Source: an uncultured virus (IMG/VR IMGVR_UViG_3300030406_000618) (Duplodnaviria > Heunggongvirae > Uroviricota > Caudoviricetes). Taken from it: a DNA stretch of 64,000 nucleotides. This document shows positions 1-11,341 of this stretch, piece after piece; positions within the stretch are counted from its first letter, which is position 1; each line of letters begins with the position of its first letter. A program made the translations under genes and the position numbers. The notes beneath the pieces are model-generated. The model was not told the origin of the DNA. It was given only the letters and a program-made list of their open reading frames with translations, and did no database searches. The stretch is taken from IMG/VR virus record IMGVR_UViG_3300030406_000618; one strand, 5' to 3'.

Positions 1-590
1 ACCTGTTACATTACCAGTAAGATTGCCTTCTACTGTGCCTGCAACAAAAGTCTCACTACCAATAGTCCACTTGTCTGTACTTTCATCCCACTGAAAAGTT
101 TTGTTAGAGGAACTTCCTCGACTTATTTCAATACCACCATTTTCTGTAGGTGAGCCAGTAGCATTACTGTTTAATAAAATTTTGTTATCTGCAAGTTCGA
201 TTGTCTCGGTATTTACAGTAGTTGTAGTTCCGCTTACAGTTAAATTACCACCAATAACTGCATTACCAGTTGTAGTTATAGAAGGTAAACTACCGCCTGA
301 AAGTCTCGCATCAACTCTTGCGTCTGTATAATAAAGATTTGTAGAACCTTCAGATAAGTCATCTGTAGTAGATGAAGCTAAACCAGTTGTAGATAATACA
401 CCAGTAGATGAGTTATAACTTAAGTCACCTGATACTGATATAGAACCTCTTGCTCTTGCTTGAGTAAAGTATTGATTAGTTGAACCTTCAGATAAAGAAT
501 CTGTGTCAGGATTAGCAGTAGCACTTGTAGCTATGCCTGATAATTTTGTTTGTTCAGCATCAGTAAAAGCATTCGTATTAGAATTATTTT
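1..590. repeat. Direct repeat copy 1 of shared tail-fibre segment
   Basis: Matches 36647-~37240; first 77 nt identical, about 23 mismatches in the first 540 nt by eye. Confidence 0.95.
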
Positions 591-2307
591 CATATAAAGT
601 TTTTATAGAAGCACTATCAGCTAAGGCTACTTCCTGCCATGCACTTCCTGTGTATGCTTTTAATTTGTTAGAAGAAGTATTAAAAACAAGGTCTCCTGCA
701 TCTAAACTTGTAGAAGGGTCACTAGAAGCAACACGATATCTGTCTGCAAACGAATTTACACCAGTCACGTTAGAAGCTACTGTGTTAACATTAGCTATAG
801 AACCTGCAACTGTATTGACGTTTGCAATGTCTGTAGCGACAGTGCCAATATCTGTTCCGTCATTAGCGACAGTAGTTACATTCGAACTAATACCTGCAAC
901 TGTATTTATATTTGTATTGTTACCTGCAACGGTATTAACACTTGCTATATTAGTAGCAACAGTGCCGATATCTGTGCCGTCATTAGCTACTGTTGTAACG
1001 TCTGAACTAATACCTGCTACTGTAGTTATGTTAGCATTATTGCCTGCTACAGTATTAATATTAGAACTATTAGAATTTACTGCATTTATATTTGTTTCAT
1101 TAGATGCAACAGAATTTACATTAGCTATATTAGAAGATACTGTATTTACATTTGCTATAGAGCCTGCAACTGTTCCTATTGTATCTGAGCCTGCTAAATC
1201 AGTTGCTACCGTACCAATATCTGTAGCATCTCCTGCAACTGCGGTAACATCAGCATTGATGCCTGCTACTGTAGTTACATTTGCATTGTTACCTGCTACA
1301 GTGTTTATGTTAGCACTGTTTGCATTTACTGCATTTATATTTGTTGCGTTAGCATTTACGGCATTAATATTAGTAGAGTTTGCATTTACTGCCGTTACGT
1401 CACTAGATATTCCTGCTACACTAGTTACATCACTAGAAATACCTGCAACAGTTGTTACATTGGCATTTATACCTGCAACTGTATTTACATTAGAAATAGA
1501 ACCACTAACTGTGTTGACGTTAGCTATGTCTGTAGCAACGGTATTTACGTTAGCTATCGCATTACCAACTGTGTCTACGTTGGTTATTGAATTTGCTACT
1601 GTATCTATTTCAGATACACTTTCATTTAAATCGTTAGCTACAGTATCAATTTCTGATACTGCTTCTGCTAAATCATTAGCTACAGAAATGACATCATTAA
1701 TATTTGTAGCTACTGTGTTTACTGAACCTATGTTAGAAGCAACAGTTGTGACGTTTGCATTATTGCCTGCAACTGTGTTTATGTTTGTTGAATTATTATT
1801 TACTGCATTAACATTAGCTATATTTGCATTTAGATTTAATAAAGATGCTTTGTTTGCAGAAGTAAGCCAAGTATTTTCTAGATAGTTTTTCGTTGTTGCA
1901 TCTTGTGGATTTGTTGGGTCTGCAACATTTTTAATAACTTTTGATTGCGCATTAAATTTATCATCATTGTCAATACGCATATTATTTGCTTGGTCATCTG
2001 CGGTTTCTTGTGCAATGAAAAAGTTTTGGTCTGCTGATTTATCTAAGTCTGCTTCTGTTAAAACACTACCGTCAGTAAAATCAACAAGTCTTGCGTTGAT
2101 TGGAGTATTTCTAGATATCTTAATAACTGCTAGATTAGCAGGTGCAGAATTAAAAGTTAGTGTACTTGTACTTATAGTAAATGCAGTTGTTTCTACATTA
2201 TCAATAAATGCTTTAATGTGTGTAGGGTCTAAGAAACTAAAAGGTATACTAAACCCTGTAGTGTTACCGTCTCCTGTATAGAGAACTTGTGAGTTAAGTG
2301 CTGTCAT
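1..2307 (-). CDS. Tail fibre (T7 gp17-type N-terminus), runs off window edge; not in ORF track
   Basis: Manual translation from ATG 2307: MTALNSQVLYTGDGNTTGFSIPF...RLVDFTDGSVLTEADLD, then many VNTVA-type repeats and TDDLSEGSTNLYYT repeats. Confidence 0.9.
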   Translation of the reverse strand, partial: MTALNSQVLYTGDGNTTGFSIPFSFLDPTHIKAFIDNVETTAFTISTSTLTFNSAPANLAVIKISRNTPINARLVDFTDGSVLTEADLDKSADQNFFIAQETADDQANNMRIDNDDKFNAQSKVIKNVADPTNPQDATTKNYLENTWLTSANKASLLNLNANIANVNAVNNNSTNINTVAGNNANVTTVASNIGSVNTVATNINDVISVANDLAEAVSEIDTVANDLNESVSEIDTVANSITNVDTVGNAIANVNTVATDIANVNTVSGSISNVNTVAGINANVTTVAGISSDVTSVAGISSDVTAVNANSTNINAVNANATNINAVNANSANINTVAGNNANVTTVAGINADVTAVAGDATDIGTVATDLAGSDTIGTVAGSIANVNTVSSNIANVNSVASNETNINAVNSNSSNINTVAGNNANITTVAGISSDVTTVANDGTDIGTVATNIASVNTVAGNNTNINTVAGISSNVTTVANDGTDIGTVATDIANVNTVAGSIANVNTVASNVTGVNSFADRYRVASSDPSTSLDAGDLVFNTSSNKLKAYTGSAWQEVALADSASIKTLYENNSNTNAFTDAEQTKLSGIATSATANPDTDSLSEGSTNQYFTQARARGSISVSGDLSYNSSTGVLSTTGLASSTTDDLSEGSTNLYYTDARVDARLSGGSLPSITTTGNAVIGGNLTVSGTTTTVNTETIELADNKILLNSNATGSPTENGGIEISRGSSSNKTFQWDESTDKWTIGSETFVAGTVEGNLTGNVTG

Positions 2308-2310
2308 GTT

Positions 2311-5300
2311 TTATAAATTATTACTGAATTGATATAATGATTTGATGTCATCATTATCTATCGGCCTTCCTGTATTTAGTTTTCCTTTGTTACGTTTCTG
2401 TACCTTTAAACTATCAATAAGAGTAAAGTCTCCTTTCTTATTCACTGTGCTTTTAAATAATTTAGCTTCCCTGATAAGTTGTATCTCAGCTAATTCGTGG
2501 TACTTCTTTACTATTTTTTTGATAGCTTTTATTTTACCACCGTCTGTTTTGTTTAAGTCGTCAATAACTATAGGTTCAGATAGCTTATCATAAGACTTAG
2601 AATTTATTAATTTTAGTAAAGCTTGGTCTAAAGTTTTACCACCTATTTTTGTTTCTCTTAATATTTCTTGTAGTCTATTGTAACCAGTCTGACCTTTATC
2701 ATTGACAAACAATGTTAAATCTATGTTGCCTTGTAGCTTTTCATTCATCTTAGGCACATTTACACCAAGACTTAATATCTCAGACGCAACAGGGTCTTTG
2801 GATTGTTCAGAGTATGCGAAAGGATTAAACATACCATTAATAAGTCTATCAGTTTCATCACCCTGTATTTTTAAAGGTTGACCTCGAAAGTCATACTTTA
2901 GTTCTACTTCACCTGTACCAGTACGTTTCTTTGCTTCATCAAGGATGCTACGGACATCTCGGTAGAAAGGGTCGTTGACTAGCTTGGTGTAAATGTTCGG
3001 TATAAAAGAACCCACTTTAGAGTTCACATATCTTGCTAATTTGTTTGGATTATCTTCAGTCAGCACTTGCATAAAATCTGCAAGACCTTTTAAGTATGTT
3101 TTACTAAATAAGTTTCTTGATATGCTTGATGAACCTGCTTGTAGTGCATTACTTATTTTTGCCGTTGGACTAATGTAATCTGATACATCACCGCCTTGTT
3201 GGGCCAACATAAGTAAAATATCACCACCTACTCTCTTAGCTTCTTCTTCAGTTAGTTTTGTGTAGACTTCGTTATAATCTGCAACAACTCCAAAGAATGC
3301 ACCAAAGGGGTCTGCTCTTCCAAATTGTATATATTTATATGTTCCACTTTTCTCGTCAAAGTATCTAAATGCGTATGGTAATGTACCACCGCTTTTTCGT
3401 AATTCTGCTAGGTCTCTTGATGTTGTTGTTTTTTCACCGACAACAGTTCCTTGTACTCCAGTAATATAACCTTCTCTATATAGCATAGATGCGTAGACCA
3501 TAAGACTAGTACCAACTGCTAGTTGTCCTCTTGCTTGAGCCATAAGTTCAGGCCCATTTCTACCTAAGAAATTTTCTCTTACTTGTTTTCTAATTAAACC
3601 TAGTGGTGTTCTATCTACAATGTTTAACATCAAGTTTACAGGTGTTCTAACAAACGGAACAACCTGACGAAGTATTGGATATTCATTTACAATGTCTTGC
3701 ATTCTTTTAAATATACCAGTTAAATCTTGTGTATATGTACTTTCTTGTGCATAGCGCATTGCATTCTTATTGATACCTCTATCAAATTCATCAAAACCTC
3801 TACCAATATATTCTAAGACATGTGCATCAAATTCAGATATTGGTCTTCTCTTTAGTGTTGAACCAACAATTTTATTTTTGTCTTTTCCTAATCTGATAGC
3901 ATCCATAACTGCATCAGCTTTTAATTTACTTCTATAATTTATTTGTTTGAAAAATTCGTCAGCACTATTTAGAAATCTTGTAGGCACTCTAACAACACTA
4001 CCTAAAGCACCACCGACAGATTTAGGGCCGTCTATTTTTGTAAGACCACCTTTACCGCCAATAATTGTATCTTCTTTTCTAAAAGCCATTGCCATGTATT
4101 TTATGGCATCACTTAAATATTCTCTAAATCCTATATAAGTTCTTATTGCTCTAACACCTTCTGAACGTAATGCTCTTGCTTTTGCACCTACACCTATAGT
4201 TAGCTGACTACCAATAAGTTGCTCTAGTGGTTTTAATATTGTGTTGGCAATGTTTGATGAAATATTAATGATGTGTGTTTTAGGATTAGATAATAGTGCA
4301 TTAATCCATATCTCGTTTAGTACATTCCATGATTTATTTTTGATTGCAAAACTTAATACTTTACTTAAATCTGCATCTCCTGTTTTTGCTATCTTATTAA
4401 TAAAATCATCAAAGTTACCACCATATTCGTCAAATTCTTTTATAACAGTGTCTAATTCTTGTCTTATAGGATTTTCAGGAACTTTACCGCTTACTCTTAA
4501 TGACCTACCTAAACTAGATGATATTGACCTTTTATTTTCAATAGCAAATTTATAGTTAGGTATTAATACTTTTTTTAAAAATTCTTTACCTTTTGGTTCT
4601 CTTCTTGAAACTATTGACAGTCTTTTTATAGCAGAAGCCATTGTTTCTATGTAACTATTTAGGGCAACAATTTTTTGTGGTGCTTTTCTAATTACTTGTT
4701 CAAGTTCTTTTACATCTATCTCTAATCTACCTGCATTATTTTCGTATAATCTTTTTGCAGAATTTTCTACTTGTTCATCAGTAATAATTACTTTTCTACT
4801 TTTTACTAATTTATCAAATGCTTTTTCAAACGCATCTATTGTAAGTAATCCTTGTTTATCTAGGTTAGTAAATTGTCTTAGATTAAAACTAGAACTTAAA
4901 TCAATATTAAATAAACCTTCGTCAAATACTTCTCTAGCTGATTGATTTCTGTTACCTCTTGCAGTTGCTTGCAAGAATTGAAACTGTTGAAAAATTGAAT
5001 CTTCTAAATCTTTTTCTAAGTTTTTAGATACTTCATCAGCAAATTCTTTTTCTTGTTGTGATTGTTTTATTTCACTTACATCTAGCCCTTCTTCATTTTT
5101 ACCTGCATTTGGACTAGCAGTATCAGCTTCATCAGTTTGATTTTTTAAAAATTGTTCGTCTTCTAAAATCTGTTCTTTACTATACTTCTCACCATTTCTT
5201 TCTGCATTTCTATTTTTAATTAATCTAAAAGTTCTAAATGCAGTTTCTAACGCACCACCAATAAGTGAACCTTCTAGTGCATTTTTAAATCTTGCTTCAT

Positions 5301-6024
5301 AAAAAGTATCATCAGGGTCAGAAGATAAATAATCAAATAATGGATTTTGTAAGTGTGGTGCATGTTCATTAATAATATCTACAAGTCTGCCTGTCTCTTC
5401 ATCAAATGCAGTAAAGTCAGCAATAGCACCTATAGTTGTTACTTTAGCAATCTTACCTGCGTTTGATATTGGATTTACTAACTTAAGTGGTTTTGTACTA
5501 TTAAATAATTTACTTGTTAGGTTTGCGCCACCCTTCAAGGCTTTGCCACCAAAGAAATATCCTGATACGAATTGTGTTACACCTCTAGTTACTTCACCTG
5601 CTACTGTATCAGCATCATCTACTTCAGGTAATTGTATAGCATCATCTACACTAAATTTACCAAATATAGGATTAGACCTTCCTTCTGATACAAGTTCATC
5701 ATATCTTTTGTATTGCATGATGCCGTTGTCAGCATCTTCACCAAATACAAATCCACCTATATTTGTTTTTTCTCCTAAAGTGTCACCTAATTTTTCTACT
5801 AATCCTATCGAAGATTGAACTGCATCTCTTACACCGCCTAATGCTTGTAATCCCATATCACCAATAACACTTCTATCTGTAGTTTTTGTTTGCTCTACAT
5901 TCTCTACTGGTTCTTGTTCTACTTGAAATCTTGGTAATGCTAAATATTTTTGTATTGTAGCTTCATCTGTTCCGTCAGGAAAAGATACTTTTTTACCGTT
6001 TGGTGCTTCTCTTACTATTGCCAT
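2311..6024 (-). CDS. Internal virion (ejection) protein, gp16-like
   Basis: 1237 aa; last of three internal proteins before the tail fibre; PFVRTPVN-type motif. Confidence 0.75.
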   Translation of the reverse strand: MAIVREAPNGKKVSFPDGTDEATIQKYLALPRFQVEQEPVENVEQTKTTDRSVIGDMGLQALGGVRDAVQSSIGLVEKLGDTLGEKTNIGGFVFGEDADNGIMQYKRYDELVSEGRSNPIFGKFSVDDAIQLPEVDDADTVAGEVTRGVTQFVSGYFFGGKALKGGANLTSKLFNSTKPLKLVNPISNAGKIAKVTTIGAIADFTAFDEETGRLVDIINEHAPHLQNPLFDYLSSDPDDTFYEARFKNALEGSLIGGALETAFRTFRLIKNRNAERNGEKYSKEQILEDEQFLKNQTDEADTASPNAGKNEEGLDVSEIKQSQQEKEFADEVSKNLEKDLEDSIFQQFQFLQATARGNRNQSAREVFDEGLFNIDLSSSFNLRQFTNLDKQGLLTIDAFEKAFDKLVKSRKVIITDEQVENSAKRLYENNAGRLEIDVKELEQVIRKAPQKIVALNSYIETMASAIKRLSIVSRREPKGKEFLKKVLIPNYKFAIENKRSISSSLGRSLRVSGKVPENPIRQELDTVIKEFDEYGGNFDDFINKIAKTGDADLSKVLSFAIKNKSWNVLNEIWINALLSNPKTHIINISSNIANTILKPLEQLIGSQLTIGVGAKARALRSEGVRAIRTYIGFREYLSDAIKYMAMAFRKEDTIIGGKGGLTKIDGPKSVGGALGSVVRVPTRFLNSADEFFKQINYRSKLKADAVMDAIRLGKDKNKIVGSTLKRRPISEFDAHVLEYIGRGFDEFDRGINKNAMRYAQESTYTQDLTGIFKRMQDIVNEYPILRQVVPFVRTPVNLMLNIVDRTPLGLIRKQVRENFLGRNGPELMAQARGQLAVGTSLMVYASMLYREGYITGVQGTVVGEKTTTSRDLAELRKSGGTLPYAFRYFDEKSGTYKYIQFGRADPFGAFFGVVADYNEVYTKLTEEEAKRVGGDILLMLAQQGGDVSDYISPTAKISNALQAGSSSISRNLFSKTYLKGLADFMQVLTEDNPNKLARYVNSKVGSFIPNIYTKLVNDPFYRDVRSILDEAKKRTGTGEVELKYDFRGQPLKIQGDETDRLINGMFNPFAYSEQSKDPVASEILSLGVNVPKMNEKLQGNIDLTLFVNDKGQTGYNRLQEILRETKIGGKTLDQALLKLINSKSYDKLSEPIVIDDLNKTDGGKIKAIKKIVKKYHELAEIQLIREAKLFKSTVNKKGDFTLIDSLKVQKRNKGKLNTGRPIDNDDIKSLYQFSNNL
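5772..5791 (-). promoter_or_regulatory. Phage RNAP promoter, SP6-like (ATTAGGTGACACTTTAGGAG)
   Basis: One of five copies of the motif; lies inside the gp16-like CDS. Confidence 0.65.
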
Positions 6025-7976
6025 TATTCCATACCTTCTAATAGTGTTTCAATTTCTTTTATTCTTTCTCTTACTTTTTTTGTTTTCTTCTGTGCTTTAA
6101 GGTTAGCCAACTCCTCTTCTAATTCTTCTTTATTTGGTGGTTGTGGATTATCTGCTTCTCTTTGTTTATTTAAATTTTCTTCAAATTCTTCAAAGGTTAT
6201 TGCGTCAGGATATTTTCTTTTAAACTTTCTTCGATTAACTGCACTTAAATCAGGCGGTATAAATATTACAGGTTTATTATTTTCATCTAGATAGTTTGAG
6301 TTTTGGTCTATCTCTTCGTCATCTGCACCAACACCAATATTATCTAAAGCTTCATCTAATTCATCTCCACTTTCACCTTCACCTTCATCTTCTAATAATG
6401 AAGGGTCAAACTCTTCAGTTTCAAATTTAGGTGCTTCTAATAATCTGTCGTTTTCAACATAATTTTCTGTCAGTATATTTATAAATTGTTGACTTCTTGC
6501 ATTTGACCATTCTATAAATGCATCTTTTCTTGCACTTGCATCACCGTCAAATTTTTCTAGTGGATGAAATTTCAACCACTCATTTATGTCTTCTTTAAAC
6601 TCTGCAATGACTACTGCATCTACAACAATTTCAAACTGTGCTTTAGAATTAATATCGTCAACTAATGTTTGTACTTTATTTATAACAGTATTGTATTGAA
6701 AGTTACCTATAAATGGGTCGCCTTTTGTATCTATGTATGCTTGTACTTTAGCATCAAAATCGAACCATTGTTCTTGTTGAAACAAAGTTCTATTGTTATC
6801 TAAATATTCTTTTGCTTCGTCAAACTTTTGCTGATTAATTAAATCTTTTAATGTATCAACTGCATCAGGGTCGTTAAATGTACCAAAACCAATTCTTCTA
6901 TTTTCATATATTGTTAATGCTTCTTGTTTTTGTCTATTATTTAATATAAAAAATTCATCACTGTTTTTCAAATCTGTATATGTATCATATTTATTAGTTA
7001 GGTCATTAACGACAAAGTTTTCTTTTTTTATTTGTATTTCTTGTTTTGTAATCTCGTCTAGTTCTTCTTGATTACGTCTAGTCTCTAAATCATCTTCTAA
7101 AAAACTAAAATCATCTTTTAATGAGTTTATATTACCTAATACATCAGTTCCTAATTTTATATGTTTAGGCAATTCATTTATAAGTTTACTTGCAAATTCT
7201 AAATCGCCTGTTAGTTCTACATATTCTTTTAAACTTTCCATATACAAGTCTCTTGCTTTTGTTTTAGACATACCACTCTCAACTGCTTCTTTTATAAAAG
7301 TAGATATGTCTTGACCCATTTTTACGAAATCATTACTGTCAGGGTCAAAAAACTCTTGTACTCCAGTTTTATAATTTTTATCAAATTGTTCTCTTATCTT
7401 TACAAGTTGATTATTAATATGTTCATTTTCTGTATTGTTTCTAAAGTTTGTAGTTTTAGAAAAGAAATTTTTTTCTAAAGTTATTGCATCATATAAACCA
7501 AGATTATTTTGTTTTATAAATTTTTTTAATTCTTCTTCATAAATTAAGTTAAATGCGTTAGGGTCTGTGTTCTCTCCTAAGTTTTCTTCTGCGTATCTTT
7601 TTGCAAATATACCTTTGAACTCTTGTACTTTAGTTCCTAATTCTAACTCTTGTAACTTTTCAATATAATATGGATTTGCTTCTCTAGGTATTTCACCTTT
7701 ATCTACTGCACTGTTAAAACCTTTTTTATTTTGTACTTGTTGGTTATAAAATTTAACGGCTTCAGCTTCACTAGTTTCTTTTTGTTTTTGCTCAGCTACT
7801 AAATTTCCTGTAGTTAATGCACCTTCCATAAAATTACTAAGAGAATTTGTAAAATTTTTTAATCCTGCAATTTCAGGCTCAGCTTCAGGTTTATAAAATA
7901 AATTAAAATCTCTAGAAACTACGTCTGGTAACTCTCTTTTTAAATCAAGTTGTGGTGTGTTAAATCCCTTAGCCAT
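6024..7976 (-). CDS. Internal virion protein, gp15-like
   Basis: 650 aa helical protein in syntenic position. Confidence 0.65.
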   Translation of the reverse strand: MAKGFNTPQLDLKRELPDVVSRDFNLFYKPEAEPEIAGLKNFTNSLSNFMEGALTTGNLVAEQKQKETSEAEAVKFYNQQVQNKKGFNSAVDKGEIPREANPYYIEKLQELELGTKVQEFKGIFAKRYAEENLGENTDPNAFNLIYEEELKKFIKQNNLGLYDAITLEKNFFSKTTNFRNNTENEHINNQLVKIREQFDKNYKTGVQEFFDPDSNDFVKMGQDISTFIKEAVESGMSKTKARDLYMESLKEYVELTGDLEFASKLINELPKHIKLGTDVLGNINSLKDDFSFLEDDLETRRNQEELDEITKQEIQIKKENFVVNDLTNKYDTYTDLKNSDEFFILNNRQKQEALTIYENRRIGFGTFNDPDAVDTLKDLINQQKFDEAKEYLDNNRTLFQQEQWFDFDAKVQAYIDTKGDPFIGNFQYNTVINKVQTLVDDINSKAQFEIVVDAVVIAEFKEDINEWLKFHPLEKFDGDASARKDAFIEWSNARSQQFINILTENYVENDRLLEAPKFETEEFDPSLLEDEGEGESGDELDEALDNIGVGADDEEIDQNSNYLDENNKPVIFIPPDLSAVNRRKFKRKYPDAITFEEFEENLNKQREADNPQPPNKEELEEELANLKAQKKTKKVRERIKEIETLLEGME

Positions 7977-8542
7977 TACACTGTGTCCTCTAAATCATAT
8001 TTAAATTCTTTTTCATATTTTCTACCGTAGTGTGAGTTAGCAACATTCATTGCACTAGAAGCAAAATTCAATATTGGATTAGGTGGTGATACATAAGTAG
8101 ATTGACTTTCTTGGCCAAATTGTATCGCATCTAGATTACGTTTATATTGTGCAACATTGATGTTCATATTTCTTTCTAATGATGCAACATAATTACCTTG
8201 TGTTCTATAATAATCTTCTAGCAATCTATTAGTTGAACCTGTTAATGCTAATCCTCTAGCACCTGCTTGTGTAACAAATTCTGCTTCTTTTTTTCTAGTT
8301 AGTAGTACACCTTCTAATTCTTTTTGAGCAGATTGTTCTTGTACTTGTCTAATACGTAAGCTTTCACTGGCATATCTTTTGATAGCATTGTTTCTAGCTA
8401 TTTCATTTTGTTGTTGTTGTCTTTTATATTCTGCTCTTTCTGCTCTCTGTCTTTGCACAAATCCGATTGCTGAAGTTGCTAAGCTAATCGCTGTAAGTGT
8501 TTGAGCAGAAGTAAGACCTGCTAAAGCTAGTGGTACGCACAT
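7976..8542 (-). CDS. Internal virion protein, gp14-like
   Basis: 188 aa, MC- start, Ala/Gln-rich, syntenic position. Confidence 0.7.
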   Translation of the reverse strand: MCVPLALAGLTSAQTLTAISLATSAIGFVQRQRAERAEYKRQQQQNEIARNNAIKRYASESLRIRQVQEQSAQKELEGVLLTRKKEAEFVTQAGARGLALTGSTNRLLEDYYRTQGNYVASLERNMNINVAQYKRNLDAIQFGQESQSTYVSPPNPILNFASSAMNVANSHYGRKYEKEFKYDLEDTV

Positions 8543-9018
8543 AATTTTACAAACTCATAAAAATCTTTATTGAGAACTCCTATTTTTCTTTTTGATATAA
8601 ATGTAAATCCACACCAATCTAACCATTTGATGTGAAGCTTATTTCTACAATCAACAACATTCCATAAAAGAGGATGTTTTTTATTATAAAAATTTACAAT
8701 GTCTCTACATTGTTTTAAAAATGCTATTTGTATTTCAACAATATCGTTTGTTGCTAACATCCATATAGCACCATTACTGGTTACTCCAAATGCACCAACA
8801 GGCACATCTTTAGGATTAAAAATAGTGTAACAAGTTTCTGAAGTTTTATACGACAGTAACATTGCTTGTAGTGGCGCAAGGCCAACTAGTGATAATATTT
8901 CTTGTTTGTCTTCGTATCGTAAACGAGGTGCAAGAAATCGCATATCATCTAACGTACTACTTTTAAAATAACTAAATCCGTTGTGTTGGGGTAACATAAT
9001 ATCCTTCCCAGTTTGCAT
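8527..9018 (-). CDS. gp13-like / DUF2833 acetyltransferase-fold protein (true start probably downstream)
   Basis: LRxEDxxE, IWML and HIKWLxWCGF motifs; follows tail tube B. Confidence 0.7.
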   Translation of the reverse strand: MQTGKDIMLPQHNGFSYFKSSTLDDMRFLAPRLRYEDKQEILSLVGLAPLQAMLLSYKTSETCYTIFNPKDVPVGAFGVTSNGAIWMLATNDIVEIQIAFLKQCRDIVNFYNKKHPLLWNVVDCRNKLHIKWLDWCGFTFISKRKIGVLNKDFYEFVKLCAYH

Positions 9019-11341
9019 TTATAAAATTGCAAGGAAGGTGACTATCGTTAAGTAACTTAATAGTTAGCTTGTCATTTTCGGACTGAACCGCAAAAGCATA
9101 ATCACCGTCTTCTAGATTAACAGTACCCAGTAATCCTGTACCTGTTATTGTTCCTGTAAATGTTGTTGTAGAAGTATCTCTACCTACTGGTGTAACTTGT
9201 GTTTTAAAGAAACCTGTATCATTAAATGACACTGACCAGTTTCTTATTTGCAACCTACCTTCTTTTACAGAAATTCTAGAACCTTGACTATCTGCTATCT
9301 GTACGAATTGTTGTGAGAACTGAAATAAAAATTCATACTGTTCTCCTATAAAATAATTAAATGATGTTATATCTCCAGTAACAACAATACTTGTACCTGA
9401 TTGTGATACTGTATTTATTTCTCTACCTGCTTTGTTTGTTGCACCTGAACGGCCAACAACTTTCATAGTGTTTGTTATTGTATAAGGTAGTGTGATTGTT
9501 GTTTGATTTGTATTTGCATCATAACTTTCAGTAATCTGTGTGTTATCTAATTTTCTATCTAAGTGTGTTAGATAGTTAGAACCTGTGTCAACAACCGCAG
9601 GTGAAATGTCTAGTGTTTCTAAATATACACCGTCACTTCTTTCATTCACTAAATATAAAATATTTTCAACAAACTCTGCACTTAGTATTGTATCAGTTGT
9701 GCTAGTTCCGTATGTCCATTTGTGCCATGCAGATTGTAGTCTTTTGTTTTGTGCAACGTAACTTTGGAAAACATACAATGCATTTGGCTCGTCATCTGAC
9801 AATGCTATCAGCATATTTTCGTTTGTTGCAGTAGTTAATTTAGATACGTTAGCAGGAATAAATTTAGGTACGTTAGCAGTTATGTCGTCTGCTTTTTTTG
9901 TATCAGTATCACTTGCTATAAAAAATTCTCTTACACCTGAGAAGTTACCTTTTTTAAATATAAAGAATACGTTAGAGCCTGCTCCTACAGGCTTAACAGT
10001 TTTAGAAGATTCAAACTCAGTAGTAACATTTATTGATACATTACCTGCCGTTAGTGTTGCACCACCTTGTATCATAAATTGTGTTTGGTCTGAGAACACT
10101 AATAGTTGTTCGTCAAAAGATATTGCATGTCTTAATATAGAAACTTTAGTATGAGTTGATGCTATGTCTATAGGGTCAGTGTCTAATATTTGTGTTACTG
10201 TCTCAGGAAAATAATTAAAAAATTCACCTGCTCTTGACATAACAACATTCTCGTCTGTTAAAAATCCAAGTCTGTTTCTATGAAAAAACATGTCATTAAT
10301 TTTTCTGTCAATAAAACTAGGATTAGGTGAACTTTCTAAATCACCTGCAACTCTATTACCAAAAGCAGGCACACTATAATTTGTTGCATTGATTGTATAG
10401 TTTGTGCCGTCTACTTGTGTAAATCTAAAATTACCGTCAGCAGTTCTAATAAGAACATGTGGCATAGTCTGTTCGTCTATTTCAATTAATGTATTAGGTT
10501 CTACAGTTTCTTTCCATACTCGATTGTCTTCTTCATATTTTACATAATAATTATCAAAAGCATTTTGTGCATCACCAACAACAGAAACAACCATGTTATT
10601 AATAGCAGGCAATGGTAAGTCAGAAAAACTTTGTACTTCATCTTTTACTACCTGTGATGCTTGGTCACCAAAACCGTCAGAAGCAGAAGTAGTTAATGTG
10701 CCTGAAGATTTTATTATAGAAAATGAACTATCTCCTATATTAGCTACAGAAATATTTGGTAAACTTATTGCACTTCTTAATGCATCTCTAATACCTTTTG
10801 TTGATATTGTTCCGCTAGATGAAGTTGTGTGAGTAAATGTAGTGCCGTCAATAGTTATAGAATATTCAGTGCTATTGACACCTTGTAAAACTGTATAAAC
10901 TGCTTGCTCTATTTTAGCAGGTGATGTTGAAGTTTTCATTGTTACTGTCTTTGATTTATTTAAGACAAAAGTAAAATCAGCAACAGTAACACAAACAAAG
11001 TCTTGTCTTGGATTTGTTGAATTTAAATAAGTATTTGCTCCTGTTTGTGAAACAACTGTCTTTTCTGTGCCGTCAACTTCGAATGCTCGTATAGAACCAT
11101 TTTCAATAACAACAACATATCTTTCTGTTGTATCTCTATTAATCGTATGTAGGAAAGGATTAGTAAAAGAAGTATTACTAATTTTTGCTATGTGATTTGT
11201 TGGTGGTCTTTTCTTTAGACCTTCAACAACTGAACTGAAACCGTTGATTTGCTCAGAAGCTTGAGAACTTAATCTAAGTATCTCAGGTTGTTGAGAAACA
11301 CCTTGAACTAAGTTTGGTATAGTTCTCGATACTAGTGGCAT
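8972..11341 (-). CDS. Tail tubular protein B (gp12-like nozzle)
   Basis: MPLVSRTIPNLVQGVSQQP...GLKKRPPT N-terminus typical of gp12; 789 aa. Confidence 0.92.
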   Translation of the reverse strand: MPLVSRTIPNLVQGVSQQPEILRLSSQASEQINGFSSVVEGLKKRPPTNHIAKISNTSFTNPFLHTINRDTTERYVVVIENGSIRAFEVDGTEKTVVSQTGANTYLNSTNPRQDFVCVTVADFTFVLNKSKTVTMKTSTSPAKIEQAVYTVLQGVNSTEYSITIDGTTFTHTTSSSGTISTKGIRDALRSAISLPNISVANIGDSSFSIIKSSGTLTTSASDGFGDQASQVVKDEVQSFSDLPLPAINNMVVSVVGDAQNAFDNYYVKYEEDNRVWKETVEPNTLIEIDEQTMPHVLIRTADGNFRFTQVDGTNYTINATNYSVPAFGNRVAGDLESSPNPSFIDRKINDMFFHRNRLGFLTDENVVMSRAGEFFNYFPETVTQILDTDPIDIASTHTKVSILRHAISFDEQLLVFSDQTQFMIQGGATLTAGNVSINVTTEFESSKTVKPVGAGSNVFFIFKKGNFSGVREFFIASDTDTKKADDITANVPKFIPANVSKLTTATNENMLIALSDDEPNALYVFQSYVAQNKRLQSAWHKWTYGTSTTDTILSAEFVENILYLVNERSDGVYLETLDISPAVVDTGSNYLTHLDRKLDNTQITESYDANTNQTTITLPYTITNTMKVVGRSGATNKAGREINTVSQSGTSIVVTGDITSFNYFIGEQYEFLFQFSQQFVQIADSQGSRISVKEGRLQIRNWSVSFNDTGFFKTQVTPVGRDTSTTTFTGTITGTGLLGTVNLEDGDYAFAVQSENDKLTIKLLNDSHLPCNFINANWEGYYVTPTQRI

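Noticed and set aside
760..1830. Tandem short repeats (also about 37640-38140) considered as a CRISPR array or VNTR
   Set aside because: Degenerate in-frame codon repeats of fibre peptides; no constant repeat with unique spacers and no cas genes
503..1885. 460-aa plus-strand ORF and other plus-strand ORFs across 1-57 kb
   Set aside because: Antisense shadows of real minus-strand genes, here the repetitive tail fibre; no RBS or family motifs
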